Shown here: positions 26,501 to 39,790 of the stretch, piece after piece
Numbering within the stretch: the stretch's first letter is position 1
Layout of the letters: each line of letters begins with the position of its first letter
NCBI GenBank assembly: GCA_965202585.1
Contig: OZ241827.1
Location: forward strand, 12,028,001-12,092,000
Origin: Thalia democratica
Lineage: Eukaryota
Reading direction: 5' to 3'
DNA: 64,000 nt
The notes under the pieces: generated by a model
What the model saw: only the letters and a program-made list of their open reading frames with translations
The model's database searches: none
What the model was told of the DNA's origin: nothing
Translations under genes and position numbers: made by a program

Positions 26501-29500
26501 TGGTTTTAGATGAGCATATATGATTTTTTAATGATTTAAATATTCTAACAAGCGAGTTTATTTATTGGACCCTGTTTGTTTTTTGATAACATTGTATATA
26601 AGTTTTTTAGAAATTATAAATACTAGATTTTTTTATTTAACTTGTTAACTAATTTGTTATCAGTGTAAATACAAGCAATCAATTGACTTATTACTGATTT
26701 AGTAGTAAATCTATTTTAAATGTAGTAAGACATATTATTTATGTAAAACTAAAAAAATTATATTTCATTAACAACGGATGTTCAATGATGTAGACACATG
26801 TTAATAAAATCAAAAGTCATGTTTCACAATTATGTATAATTTAATTATCAAAATACTTAAGATTGAAAATAAAAAAATAAATTTATAGCCAATACAAAAA
26901 TCATATTTTTTGACTAGAATAATCATAAATTTATTAAAGAAAAAAAAGCTACTTTAACAGTTAGAGAACGTTAAGGTTTTTACTAGGTGCATAGACATGA
27001 AAACGTAACTCATATACAACGAACTTTGTTAAACTCACAAAAATATGTAATATTTATTTTTTAATTTAATATTAATTGAACACAACTTTAAGTTAGCACA
27101 ATTTAAAAAAATAATCAGCTTAGTTTTAATAAATACACTCATTAGACATTATTTACATGTATCTTCTAACTTAGCTATGTTCTAAGTGAAATGTTTTTTA
27201 TATATTTTTTGTTGATTTAAAACAAAACAGAACTTCAGACAAAATGATCAACAGAAAAAATTCAAGCGAGAATGCTTTAATAAAAAAAAAGAGTACAATA
27301 ATTGGAAATAAGAGAGTAAGTCCTCATTACTTACAGCACAAACCGCATAACAGAATAAATAAAGTGGACACGGATAGAAATGTGCAAAATATTAATCAAC
27401 TTCAAAAGTGAGTTTAAGCTTGTAAAAATAATATTTTTGGAAACTCTGTAAAGCTTTTAAACTACTTTAGGTCATTTTTATTTATTTACTTATTTTTCTA
27501 CTTATTAAACAAACTAGCTCTTTACAGTTGATAGAGTTTGGTAGAGTAGAATTGTATTTTTGATAAAAAAAATTATCTGCCTGTTAAAAGCAAGGTTTAT
27601 TTTTCCACTCTTTTCATCGAAATAAAGCTATTTTGATCCGTTTAAAGCTGTTCTATGGCAATTTAAATCATTTCGATTCAAATTTAAAAAATGTTCAGGA
27701 TAATTTATAAAAAGTTACTGATTATTTATTATGCTAGCTTTCTTTATTATTCTTCAGTAGTTTAAGTTTAAGAACTCGACCTTTTTGACGTTTTTTGCTT
27801 TGCAATTAACCTAATAAAACTCATAAAAGTTTATAGTAATTAGCTTTTAAATTAACGGTAATTAAACACAACTTAAAGTTGCCACATTCCTAACAAAAAA
27901 TAACCAGCTTGGTTTTAGTAAAGATACTCATTAGACACTATTCGAATGTATCTACTAACTTAGCTATGTTCTAAGTGACAAGCTTTTTCCATATTTCTGA
28001 TTAATTATAACAAAACAGAACGTCTAATCTTCCAAAAGTGCCTAATAGCAATGAAAAAACCACTTTGGGATTTGCACTTGCTGTTTTACCAGAAAACTGG
28101 ACTGATGGAAATGAAGCAAATAAGGAAACGCTTTTAAAAGAGTTACCCCGCAACGATGAAGAGACTGAAAAGGTAGATAAAGTTATTTTTGTAAATTTAG
28201 TTTAGATTTGAAAAATGGATGCGAATAATTTTACTCGATAGTTTAAGCATTAAATAAAGAGTACAGTTAATATATATATATATATAGCACCCAATACTAA
28301 AAAAACTATACAGTAGTTAATACAGTGAAGTTATTCTTTGCATTGTTACAACATTAGAGCTTAGTTTTTAAAGTATTGTACTATAAAAGAAAAGTATTTA
28401 TTGTCAACTTTAAAAATTTTATTCTAATTTCATATTAAACAATTTAAGAAACAATTGTTCTATAAACTTGAAAAAATTTAGGTTCCTTAAATAATAATAA
28501 TTTAATTTTTGTTATTTTAGCATCATTAAAAAAACCTTGATAAAATCAGATCTCGAAATTTATTATTTTCAATTTTAAAACTCACTTTTTTTATTTCTAT
28601 AAAACTTCATATAATTGTAATAAACAACCATATAAAATATTACGTATAACAAAACATATTTATGCATTTTAAATCCGTAAAATTTCTAAACAGGTGTGCG
28701 ATAAACATGTGAAAGATATCAAAGAAGTAAAAGCGAGCAAAATCAATGCAACAAATTTTAAACGTATGTTTCAATTATTCAAATAACTTAACTTAGTCAA
28801 TTCCATTTTTAACAAAGTAGATAGCACACCTTAATCCAAAAATGAATGATAAATTAATAATTTTATTATAAGTACATTACGTCTATAAAAAATAAATAAA
28901 CTCAGCAAAAACGTAACCTTAAATATATTTTAGAACAAACGACCTCCATCTTTGATCAGGTCTTAGAAAGTCAAAAGAAAACCTTCGGAGATTGTACCAA
29001 GGGACAAAACACTAACAAAAGTGAAGAGCAAATCGTCAAGCAGAGCTTGGAGGGAAACGTTGCCAATGTACAATCTAATGATCACCTTTCAAAGTGAGTT
29101 AAAGATAAAACAAAGATTTGTTGTAGAACTTTATATAATTTTAAAATTTTTTTGAGCCTTTTTTTATCAGACTAATTTAGTAAACTAGTATTAATCAGTA
29201 AACTTTATTGGAAAAAAATTGTTAGATTTAATTTTAAGGCAAAAATAGTACGCTTTTTAAAAGCAAGGCTTATTATTTTATTATCTTTAACGAAATAAAG
29301 CTATTTGGGACCGTATAAGCTGTTCCATAGCAACTTAGCTCATTTTAAATTAAGTTAAGTACAGATTAATGATAATCTTTGAAAGTTACTGATCATTCAT
29401 CATCCTAATTTTCCTTATACTCTTTAGTAGTGTTAGTTTTATAACTCGACCTTTTAGACCTTTTTCTTATTATTTATCATTTCCAAATAAACTAATTAAA

Positions 29501-29691
29501 ACTATTAGTTAATTTTTTATATTTATACTTTTCATAGTGCAACACCACCAAGAATACAAGCAGAAAAGCAACGGTTGAAAGAAGAAGCTCATCGTAGAAG
29601 ACTTGCGCAACCAACATTCGATTTGCTGGAGCAAGCTAGATTAATGACTGATTTTGAAACGGAAAATTCATGTTTTTTTTTTAGTCTTTAA
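23556..29691 (+). CDS. BET/BRD4-derived protein, copy B: atypical BD1-like bromodomain, basic low-complexity middle, BRD4-CTD-like C-terminus (542 aa if one A-run is A9; as given it stops at 227 aa)
   Basis: GT-AG exons 23556-23666, 24331-24468, 24683-24793, 25092-25168, 25466-25631, 25819-26015, 26156-26270, 27231-27407, 28019-28172, 28694-28763, 28934-29093, 29538-29691. Phases are consistent except for one extra A in A10 at 25879-25888. SRPFHDPADPIAQDRQDYFKVIKKPMCIGDIKKKLDSNMYKTADECLADFELMFKNSYEYISPGYKIVDMALELQE aligns with BET BD1. The end QRLKEEAHRRRLAQPTFDLLEQARLMTDFE resembles the BRD4 CTD. Confidence 0.82.
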
Positions 29692-31806
29692 TTTTCTTTT
29701 AGAGTTTGTTTAGAATTTCGTCTGCAAATAAATAGTACAACATTAGCATGACTTCTTATTTATTTCGTTTTCTTAATTTAAGGATAAAAACTTAACGTCA
29801 AAACTTTAACTATATACTGCTTCCAAAAGTTTGAATAACAAATTCTTTTTATAATTTTTTAAGTAATGATTTTTAAACTGAAAAAAAATATGGGCTTTTA
29901 AAATCGTATTTCAAAAAAACTAACTTATTTTTACTGATAAGCTTTAACTACAAAAAAAAATTTAGGACATTAGAAAAGTTTGCGGTTTTCGTTTATCTTA
30001 CTTTGATATTTTATTGAATGCTAAAAATAATAACTCGAAAACTAATTCTTTTAAATTAAAAAAAATAGTTGTCTACCGGCTCAAAAATCTTAGGATCTTG
30101 CCCGATTAGGATCCTAAATACTTGTCAAAATTTCTTTTTGGTTTCTAGTCTAAGATATTACAGTATTGTCAGATAGAGTACTTCTCACAAGTATGCTACT
30201 CAAAGCAACCCGTAAAGATCACTGCCCTGTTTAGAAAGTCAAGTTGTTTTAGTTATCTATCGATTCCGTTTCAAAAGGATGCGGCTGAATCTAAAATCGT
30301 TTTTAAAAAAAGGAACTAAAAAGGTCTGTCCCGACCCTCCGACATGTAAACTAGTCAATTTTTAATATATTGCATTATAATTGAAGTTTTAGAAGATGAA
30401 AACAATTTTCTCATTATAAAGTCAAATGTAAAAAATAGTAAAAAAGGCAGATTCGGTTCGCAAGCAAAGCAACTTTTTTATTATCAAATTCAAAAATACC
30501 GAGATTTAAAAAAAAAAACTGATAGTTTGTTTTTTTATTAACAGATTATAGTTTTACCTGAGTAAAGTGTGAATAAATATAATTAAAATTCCTAAAAAAG
30601 TAAAATGTAGTAACATTTTTAGGTCGTTTAGTTTATGCTACTAGATACTAACCTGTATGATATGTTTTTAACTAGGAAATTAAAATACCATGTAAAAAGA
30701 TAAAACTATTTAGACAAGGGGTCGGTAGCCTTATGTAACTCACAGGCCAACTTTCCTAGGAACAATTGCTTGCGGGCCACACTATTTAGAAAAAAAACCT
30801 TTGAGGGCCGCATTAATAAAAAAAGTTCTAGTATTAACAAGCAAAATAATATTAAGATCAAAACTATGGTATATTAAGCAATATAAGAGCACTAGCACTA
30901 ATAAAGAGTAGTAATTTATCTAAGAGTCTAACTGTAAATTTTTATTACAAGTCTCAAACTGTTTATTTATTTATGAAATGTATATTTCTGACTGAAAAAG
31001 AGTTCGCAGGCCGCAGATTTTAACTTTAAGGGCTGCATTTAGCCCGCGGGCCGAAGTTTGCCTACCCCTAATTTAGCCGTTTGTAAACTTGTGGATTTCA
31101 ATAAAATTCCTTGAACTGATACAGTAACTGTTTTTTGAAACTTAATTGAAATCATCTTAAACATTTTTAAAAAATAGTAGCAAAATTAAAACCTAAGTAA
31201 CATTAACTAAAAAATCATAAATTTACAACAAAAATAAACCTTAAAGTATTACTATGATTAGGATGGTTTTAAAAGTTGAGCCCTTTTACCTTTCAGCTGT
31301 AAGGCAATTTATAAGTAGGAAATATCATGAAAACAATCTGTGGAAATTTTAAGATGTTTTAAACAAGAGTCAATTGAGACGTCATCAGTTTTAACCTATA
31401 TAACAATCCCTATGTAAGCTGAATGGGACCTTAAAATTTTGACCTTGTTCGATTAAGATTTTTTAGAATTTTAAGAATTACGACAAAAAACCTTCTAACT
31501 ATAATAAATACTTTAAAGATACTACAAAATAGTTTTTTAACCAAAATAGTTTATATGTTTTTTAACCTTAAAACATAAGTTAATGAGTGTTTGCAGTCAC
31601 CGTAAAGTATCTATTTGTCATTTAAATGTCAAGTTTTGTGACTTATTTTGCATAGCATTAAAATCAATAATATGTTTTATTCGTATAGTGAACTATAAAA
31701 AATCATTGATTGTAAATTATACTGAAAAAGTTATGTAAAAAATAAATGACAGGTTTTTTAAATAAAAATGATTATAAATTGTTTACTTAACAATAGAAAG
31801 GTGCTC
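28308..31806 (+). repeat. Source copy of a recent direct segmental duplication (other copy 60500-64000)
   Basis: Near-identical sequence at an offset of about 32.19 kb, continuing to the window end. Confidence 0.95.
30716..31070. mobile_element. hAT-type MITE
   Basis: Termini AAGGGGTCGGTAGCC and GTTTGCCTACCCCTA; 8-bp TSD ATTTAGAC/ATTTAGCC; GCCCGCGGGCC subterminal motifs. Confidence 0.75.
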
Positions 31807-34244
31807 AGCAAATTTTTTCAAGGACATGGTTTAAAATAAAATTTTATTTATTTTATTATAAATCCACGTTATTGCAATCTGTTATAAGCTAACAATTATT
31901 TATACGATTATTTAAAAAGTATAGGATAAAATGTTAGACGTAAAATATAAGAGTTTATACTAGATTATCGAATTTAGTCGTCTAAATTTGAATTGTCAAG
32001 ATGTGAATTGTCGTAATTTTAGTTGTAAAAATATGAATAGTTGTCCACCCAATTTATTTTAACAATTTTAAAGTTTAAAAACAAATATCGATCCATAATG
32101 TTTTTACTTTACGCTAGTTTACTCTCAAATTTATATAATTCTGGTACACTTATATATCATAGAAAATACATGGTTAAGTTTTAATCTTTTTTATTAGTTT
32201 AATCGAAATATCTGTTTGCATATTTTGTGTAATTTATAATTTCTTTACTATAATTTAAAAAAAATGTAATTTTCTGTTTTGTAATTAATTTACCAACTGT
32301 AGTTAAAAACTTATAACTAATAGTTGCCAAAGGGTCCTAACAATAAACTAAAAAATAAAAATAGCCAAACGAAAATGTTATACACAAGAAATGTTTAGCT
32401 AATTTTAAACACATTATTTTTCCTACTATATCGCTAAAGTACTTTAATTTCGCATACTAGTAAAAAAATGTGGAAATAAAGTGTAGCATTTTTTGATGCA
32501 AACATATTGTTCATCAAAATGTTTCTTTTATTTTGGTCAAAACTAAGTTGAAGAAGTTTTTTACTAATTTTAATAAAAAATTTAAGGGGTAAATAAAGTA
32601 CGTTTATAATAACTTTAATCTGCTCTAAAACAGTACTTTTTAAAGCTATAGGTAAACAGAAAAATCAATTCAAGTTCAAAATAAACTAAAATAATAACTT
32701 ATTCAAAAGGCTTTCGAATCCGCATACTGCAATTTATCATACAGCGCTTTGCCTAATAAGCCATAATAAATTTGTTTTAATGTGAATACAAACAAGTAAA
32801 ATTTGTTTAACAATTAAGACAACTTTATGCTTAATTATTACTTAATTTTATTTTTAATAGTTAGCTTGTTGTTCGTCTTTGTTTTATATAAAGTAGGCTT
32901 TATATAGGTGTTGCTTATTGTTTTGAATATTATTAATATTTGATCAGACAACTCAGTTTATAATTTCAAATGATACGATTATTAATAATGATAAAAATAG
33001 TTAATCTAAACAGTATTTTATTAAGTTATGTGTTTTTATAACTTATACAACAAAAAACTGAATCATAAGCATTTTATATTCTTTATACAAAAAGAATTTA
33101 AATAAGTGTATGTTTTAATTGGTTTTTTTAAGTATACTTTACTTTATTACTTAAAGTTTGTTTGTATTAGTTTTTCACTGTACTGTATATGTGTTTATTT
33201 TATTACGACAGTAATGTAAATAGATAGCTCAAAAACGGTATGCATTTTTTAAGCATATTTAAGTACTTGGAGAAATTAAGAAAAGATTTGTAGAGACCAA
33301 TCAAAACAAGTTTATGCTAAAAATATTTTAACTGATCTTCAAGTTAGCTTTTTAAGAAAACTGTCTGATTGGTTCAATTTTAAAATATTCATGATGCTGC
33401 ATTTTTACCAAAACATACTAGCATTCTAGAACGGCTCTAATTAAAAAACACTACGACTGTACAAATAAAAGCTACTGCTAAAAATGTTGGAAAGAACCAA
33501 ATTTTAAAATAGTTTTTGTAATCCTGGCCGGGTTTGATCTTAAGTACTTATTATATATTAGAAAGTTTTACTAATTTAAATCCTATAGATTTAATCTGCT
33601 TGTTAAATAAATACAATATAGATTCATAAATAGTAATTACGTATCATATTATAACTTATTTCGTAAAAAAAAGTTGAAATATACTTTAAAGTGTTAATAA
33701 ATACACTTTTATTTTAGAATATTTTATTTTAAAAGCATACAAAAAACGTATGTCTTGCTGTAAACAAAAATTATGCTACATAAACAAATTTTATTTCTTT
33801 TGTTGTCCATGCAAGCAACATTAACAATTAAGTTGTATTTTTTTTATGCGAACTATATAATTTATAGTCTGTAATAAATGCTTAATGCAGAAATCAAATC
33901 ACGAAAATGTTAAAATATTTTACGTTTAACTTAACAGTTAGTTCTTATTGTGACTATAAACGAATTAGAACATAAATTTTTGCAAGTATTTATATTTACA
34001 AAACCAAAAAGGAATTATAAGAACATGGAGCCGTAATAAATTGAAGTATAGTATCAACTGTAGTAAAGGCCCATAAAGTAGTAGAAATTACAATTGTAAT
34101 AAAAAGTTTTCAATTCCACTTAGGATTACACTTCTACCATAACAAAAAAGAAATATAGATTAATTTTAGTAACTGATTAAAACTATAAAACGGACTACAA
34201 TAGCAAAAGATGTCTCTGTTATACTACCAAAGGCTTTTCTTTTT

Positions 34245-36178
34245 TTTATAAGTTGTGGTAGAGAAATAAAAGTTTTTCGCTGTTATTTAGAAGCAATCGA
34301 TTGCGCTTTTGCTCGTACAAATTCCCAGCTTCAGCTTATAATATTTCAGAATACACATAAGATAATGGTGAAGCAAGTTATTTCCTTGCAAAACTGGCAA
34401 GAAGTTGGTACTTTGTTTTGTTCTAGTTCAACCTGTTTTAGACTTCATCCTCTTCAGCATCTGCATTCAAATTTTCTGTAGCAAAAATGACCTTTACTTC
34501 TGCTTCAACTTTTTTAAAATAAAATTCAAGCAACTTTTTCTCGTCCTCCTGTCTTTGATTATATTTTAAACACAAAGAATAGAAAGTTTAAAACTTCTTC
34601 GGGTCAAAATTTACAGAGTGTTGTAGTTTTAGTTATTCTGGTAGCAATATAGTACAATAACCACCTTAATTAGCATCGTAACAGATATGTTTTTTTAATA
34701 TTTAATTTTAGCTGCTCTTTATTATTCTTTTGAGGTATAATGGAAAGCGGAAAGTCGACATCGTGGATCAAAAGCTTCTGTGACTAACAGTAACTTGTTG
34801 TCATTCAGGTTTAAGTTATTGTTATTGGTAAAGACCCTTCTATCGCAAGTCTCTCCTATGTTTTTGGCAAGAGTTTTAGAAACATTTGATACTTCTTCTT
34901 AAATTTCATGAAAGTTAACAAACTTTGTCAGTGATTTTGCATGCAGGATCACGCTTGAGAGCAGTTCATTTTTTACTACACTCCTTTCTTACAAATAAAA
35001 ACGAGCAGCAGAACGATGTGACTAACCAGTTGCCATTCTTCCGGTGTAATATTCGAACCTTGGTTGTTTCTATAGTTAGCCACATAGTAGCAGAAACTTG
35101 ATTTTAGCTTTTTCAGTCTCTCTAGAACAAGATATGTTAAATTCCACCTTGTATCTACATCTTGACCAAGAAGCAAGGTTTTTTGTTTTGTTTGTGCGTG
35201 GTCAAAAGCTACCTAAATCTTATTAGTGTTTCGTTCGCCATAGAAGAATGGCTGAAATGGCAAACTATTTTTCGTACCTTTACTAATAGAATCGTAACCT
35301 AAAACATTACAACTTTTTAACAATTTTACACAAATGTTCCTAAATAATGAACACTAAAATACTAGCTCAAGCGTATAGATAAAACAGGGTACTGACGAGG
35401 TTTTATTCTTTGTCTTTTTAATATTTCTTGCGTTGTTTCGCAAAAAAAAAACTTGAAAACGATCAAAGGTAATATTCCAATTACTAAGCATATCCTGAAT
35501 GTAGTTACAGATGTTTTGGCTAGTGTGCTCACCCTCCATTTCCCGGCAATTTAAAAGACGATGTTTGAGCTAAAAATTTTCACTTAACTAGTGCGCGGTT
35601 AAAGAAATTTATGATTTGTTCTCGAATTTTTCCACATATCGCTTGTGAATGACAAAGACGAAGCATGTGACAACTCTTTAGTAATATTTCTGCTTCAGAC
35701 TATCATAAGCCTGTGGAAGCATGATTTCATTAAAGTACTATTTCATTAAAGTACTTAGTACTAGGAATTACGTATCTTGGCTCTAATTCAGCTAAGAGCT
35801 CTATTAAGACTTGGTCTTCCACAATTGAAAAACGCTGATTGTCCATAGCAATCATATTAATATTTTTTTTATGAACTTTAATTGCTTTAGAACCCGTAAT
35901 GTCCCAGTGTTTCATAGACTTATAACCATCAAGGCTAGTTTGCCTGATAGCTTCAAGCTTTCTTTTCTTCGGAGGTTCGGGTGTAGTACAACTTCTATCT
36001 TAGTCTAAAGATTAACTCTCACTGTGTGGAGTTTTCAATTGCTTATGCATGGAAGAGGTAGTATAGGATTTAGACTTTCTACTTACTTTTTTTTTATATT
36101 AGCTTCGCAGATATTGCATACTGCGATGAAATTATCTTCCAAACTTGTAGTAAAGTGTTGCCAGGCTATTGAAGGCAT
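34245..36178 (-). pseudogene. Decayed hAT transposase (BED finger, DDE and dimerisation-domain remnants)
   Basis: MPSIAWQHF...VCNIC (BED), MDNQRFSIVEDQ...LEPRYVIPSTKYF, DVDTRWNLTYLVLERL and a C-terminal KRNRLL...EKLLFLYHNL; many stops and frameshifts. Confidence 0.85.
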
Positions 36179-36879
36179 TATTAATAGTGGAAATGAAAAA
36201 TAACTTTAGAATAATAATATAGTATTATAATAATAATAGTATTATAAAATTTTAATGCAGTGAATCTTAGTTCTAAATAGCAATGTAATTTCACCGTTGT
36301 GTAAATCTTACTTTGATAAAGCAGTTAATATAAGTCGTAATAGTTTTGTTCTTAAATTACGTTTTCAGTTGAATAAAACATTTTATGAATACAAAAAAAA
36401 AACACTGTTTTTTAAACTACTATGCAAAACACGATACTACAAAATACAAACCAATGTATCTTTAAATAGTTATTAAGCTTATGCTCTTAAAAAGCTCAAG
36501 CTTTATTTATACTGACCTATAGAGTCAAACTTATTTTATTAAATTTAAAATTAATATACATTGTTATTTAGCATTTGGACCGAAATAGGTTCTCGAGCAA
36601 AAGTAAAAATCTTAACATATGTAGATAAATAAGAGCGGGTATCCACAAAGCTTAGACTAAACGCATTAACTATGTATTCAATTTTTTTTTTGAGAGTCTA
36701 AAAAAGTGTTATCATAGTTTTGTACTGTGGGCGATTTCTAGGTAAAAATTGATAAGGCTTTTATAAGTGTAAAAAACCATTTTTATCCACTCAAGCGTGA
36801 AATCATCAACTAGTTTAACATTTAGCTTTTGACAATTAATAAAATAAAATTCAAAAAGTTCAAAGTGGTCTACCAAATC

Positions 36880-37093
36880 CAAAATTTCGGATTCGGCAAA
36901 ATCCTAATCCGAATTTTACTTCGAATTTATGATTCGGCCGAATACGAATCCGAGTTCTTTTTTAATTTAGGATTTGACCGAATCCGAATTCAAATCTCAT
37001 TTTGAAATTTAGATTAGGCCGGATACAAACCCAAGTCCAAAAAGGCAAGATTCGTCCAAATCCGGGTCCAATTCTTGATTCGGTAGATCATTA
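36880..37093 (-). mobile_element. 5' terminus and subterminal repeats of the hAT element
   Basis: Clustered GATTCGG/CCGAATCC motifs ending in GATTCGGTAGATCATTA. The matching opposite terminus was not found. Confidence 0.55.
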
Positions 37094-38725
37094 TTTTAAT
37101 ACGTAATGAAATATTGATTAAAATGTTATAAAACTAATCCTATAATCATATAAAACTAATATTACAAAACTAATCTAATAACATAATAAAAGCTTTTTGA
37201 AAGAAAGGATTTTCCAATTTAATTTACATTAGTATGTAAGAACAACCGATCAGTATGTTCAATTATACATATAGATATATATAAACAAAAATTAATGTTG
37301 AAAGAGTATGTTAATTTTAATATTTCTGATTGAAATATCTTGTAAACTAATAATGGTTTATGTACTACAAAACTTTATTGGAAAGTTTCTTACTATAGTC
37401 AAAATTGTGTGCATTGTAATTTTCTTTTTAATTTAGTAAAAAAATTCTAAAAAACAGCGCAAAATATGTGTTGCAAAACCTTCCCGACAAACTACGGTGG
37501 TTGGAAACGTTGAGCATTTACAAAATTCGTTAAAAAATTGAAATTTAATTGAAAGTCTACAAATATTTAGTTTATAAAAAAACGTTTACGAAAAAATAGC
37601 TTAGCACCTGTAATTACCGAAAAGATTTAATGTTGATATTTATGGCTAGTTTTATTTTATTTTTTCAAATGAATGTTGGTTGAAGTTTATAACGGTGTTT
37701 ACTTAATCAATGAAGTTTTTGAGAAAATTAATTTAAATTTTAATATTTAAGTTATAGTAACACCAATATATACTATAAAATATGCTTTCTATATTTATTT
37801 TACAATTGAATAGAAAAGTTTACAAATAATAAAACTGATTAAAATCAGTAATACAAGCTTATTTAAGTTAATGTTTTTTAAGGAGAGATGAAAACTTAGT
37901 TTATGACTTTATCTCAGTTATTTTCAAGCTTAAATACCTTACAAAACAAACCTTATATTTATTATTACATTATTTCTTTATTGTTTTCTATAAGAGAAAC
38001 TTGGTATAGTTTTCATTAAACAAAATACCTAAAAATAAAGAATAACATTTAAATTTTATTACTGTGCATTACTTTTGTGCACAATGGAAAACATTTGCAT
38101 GTAGTTTGTTTACTAAATGGGTATTCTTTGAATAACTTACAGAGTCCAAGTATTTTTACACAGTTTTTTGAGATTATTAGTTTCTTTTGTAACAAGAAAC
38201 TTATTATGAAACTAAGAAATAAACACTGCTCAAAAGCTGATCTGTCTTTTTCACATTTTTAAGTATAAATAGTAAAGTCTTTTTATTGTTTGAAAATATT
38301 AAGCAGGTACTTATAAAGTAATTAATCAAATCAAACCAAGTTACCGAAAAGAATTTAACTTAAGTTATGTTTTTGCTAAGCGTGCAACATTTACATGATC
38401 GCAGGCCGCACAATTTCTTTTCCTGGGCTGCATTAAATTTAAAAAAAATTTACTTGCGGGCCGAAGATGATTTCGGCGAAGATTACGCGGAAATATCGTC
38501 TGATGGTTAGTAACTTTAGGTTAGACACACACATGTATAAATAGAAAAATTAGTTTTGTATAGATAAAAAAAAGTAATAACCGAAAACTAGGATAAGGAC
38601 TTTATTAAAACTAAAATAGTAACAAAATTAAAAAAAAACAAAAATATGTTTTTAAACTTCAATAATGTATTGCTATTTAAAACGTATTCATTAAATATTG
38701 TAGCTTTCGCAAAATCATCCAATTT

Positions 38726-39790
38726 TTAAGGTTGCTTGCGGATTTCTTTTTTCATCAACACTATCGGGGAAGTTATCAATTGTCCAAACTCAACATTGTA
38801 CCCGCATTTTTTGTAAAATTCCACCACATCGTGTGAGGAGCTCACCACGCAACAATTAAATCCTCTTTTAAATGCCGAATCCTCAGCAGCTAACAACATT
38901 CTCTTACCAAGCTTTTTTCCTCTGTAATCTTCTGATACTGTCACTATAAAAAAATAATTTTTTTATTATAAAGTACATGGTTTATGAACAGTTAATCCCT
39001 ATAGATTTATAAAATGAACTTTTACTTCAGTAGATAAGCTTTAGCATTTAAAATATTTTGAACCAAGTTAATTATATACCTTAACTAGTTATTGTTTTAA
39101 ACTTTCTTTAAATATAACACATCAAGTTGACTTACCCAAATCAAACTTAACAGTAGTGTTTATTTCAATAAATTTTTCCCAATATATTTTTTCAACATCA
39201 TTAAAGTCTTTTATTTTTTCGACAAGAACATGTCCCATTATTTTATGAGGATTAACGGAAGTATCCATGTATGCAAATGAAGTTGGTAGGTCATCACAAG
39301 AATTTGCTAATGACTCCATACTGTTTTTTATTTGTTTGTAAACTTATTTAATCATAAATCTACAAATTTTCTTATTTTAAGTCATCAAGTTGGTAGTTTC
39401 TCACAAGACTGTGCGAGTATATCTATCTGGAGTTATAAGAGTATTGTTTAATATACACACAAAGAGAGCAACTTTAAACTACCAACTAACTTAACAGTAT
39501 ATTAAAACATCCGTTTTAAACTTCAAGTAGGAGTTTCTCATACTAAAACAACTAATTTTATTAAGTTTAGATGTTAAAAGTATTACACAGAAGGTTAAGC
39601 TTTATACATAATTATCTATAAACTAATCTATAAACTAAGTAATACAAACGGAGAATTTCATACAAACTCACTTAATATCAAAGTAGAAAGGAAATTCCTT
39701 TTCTATCAGTTGATAGCAATCTTCTCGGAATTGAGGTCGTAGTTTATGAACAGGTATGAGCTCAAATTTTCTCGAATTTTTCACTTGCAT
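38726..39790 (-). CDS. NAA80: NAA80-like GNAT N-acetyltransferase, 3 exons, 173 aa
   Basis: Exons 39790-39672, 39320-39136 and 38943-38726 splice in frame: MQVKNSRKFELIPVHKLRPQFREDCYQLIEKEF...ESLANSCDDLPTSF...IMGHV...VTVSEDYRGKKLGKRM...DVVEFYKKCGY. It has the acetyl-CoA motif RGKKLG and NAA80-like N-terminal motifs. Orthology is not established. Confidence 0.75.

Larger units (their letters stand above)
16499..30020. repeat. Right arm of the large degenerate palindrome
   Basis: Reverse complement of about 85-12764, plus the arm-specific insertion at 21006-21752. Confidence 0.92.

Noticed and set aside
30085-30120. Small palindrome TTAGGATC...GATCCTAA
   Set aside because: Short and isolated, with no supporting context.
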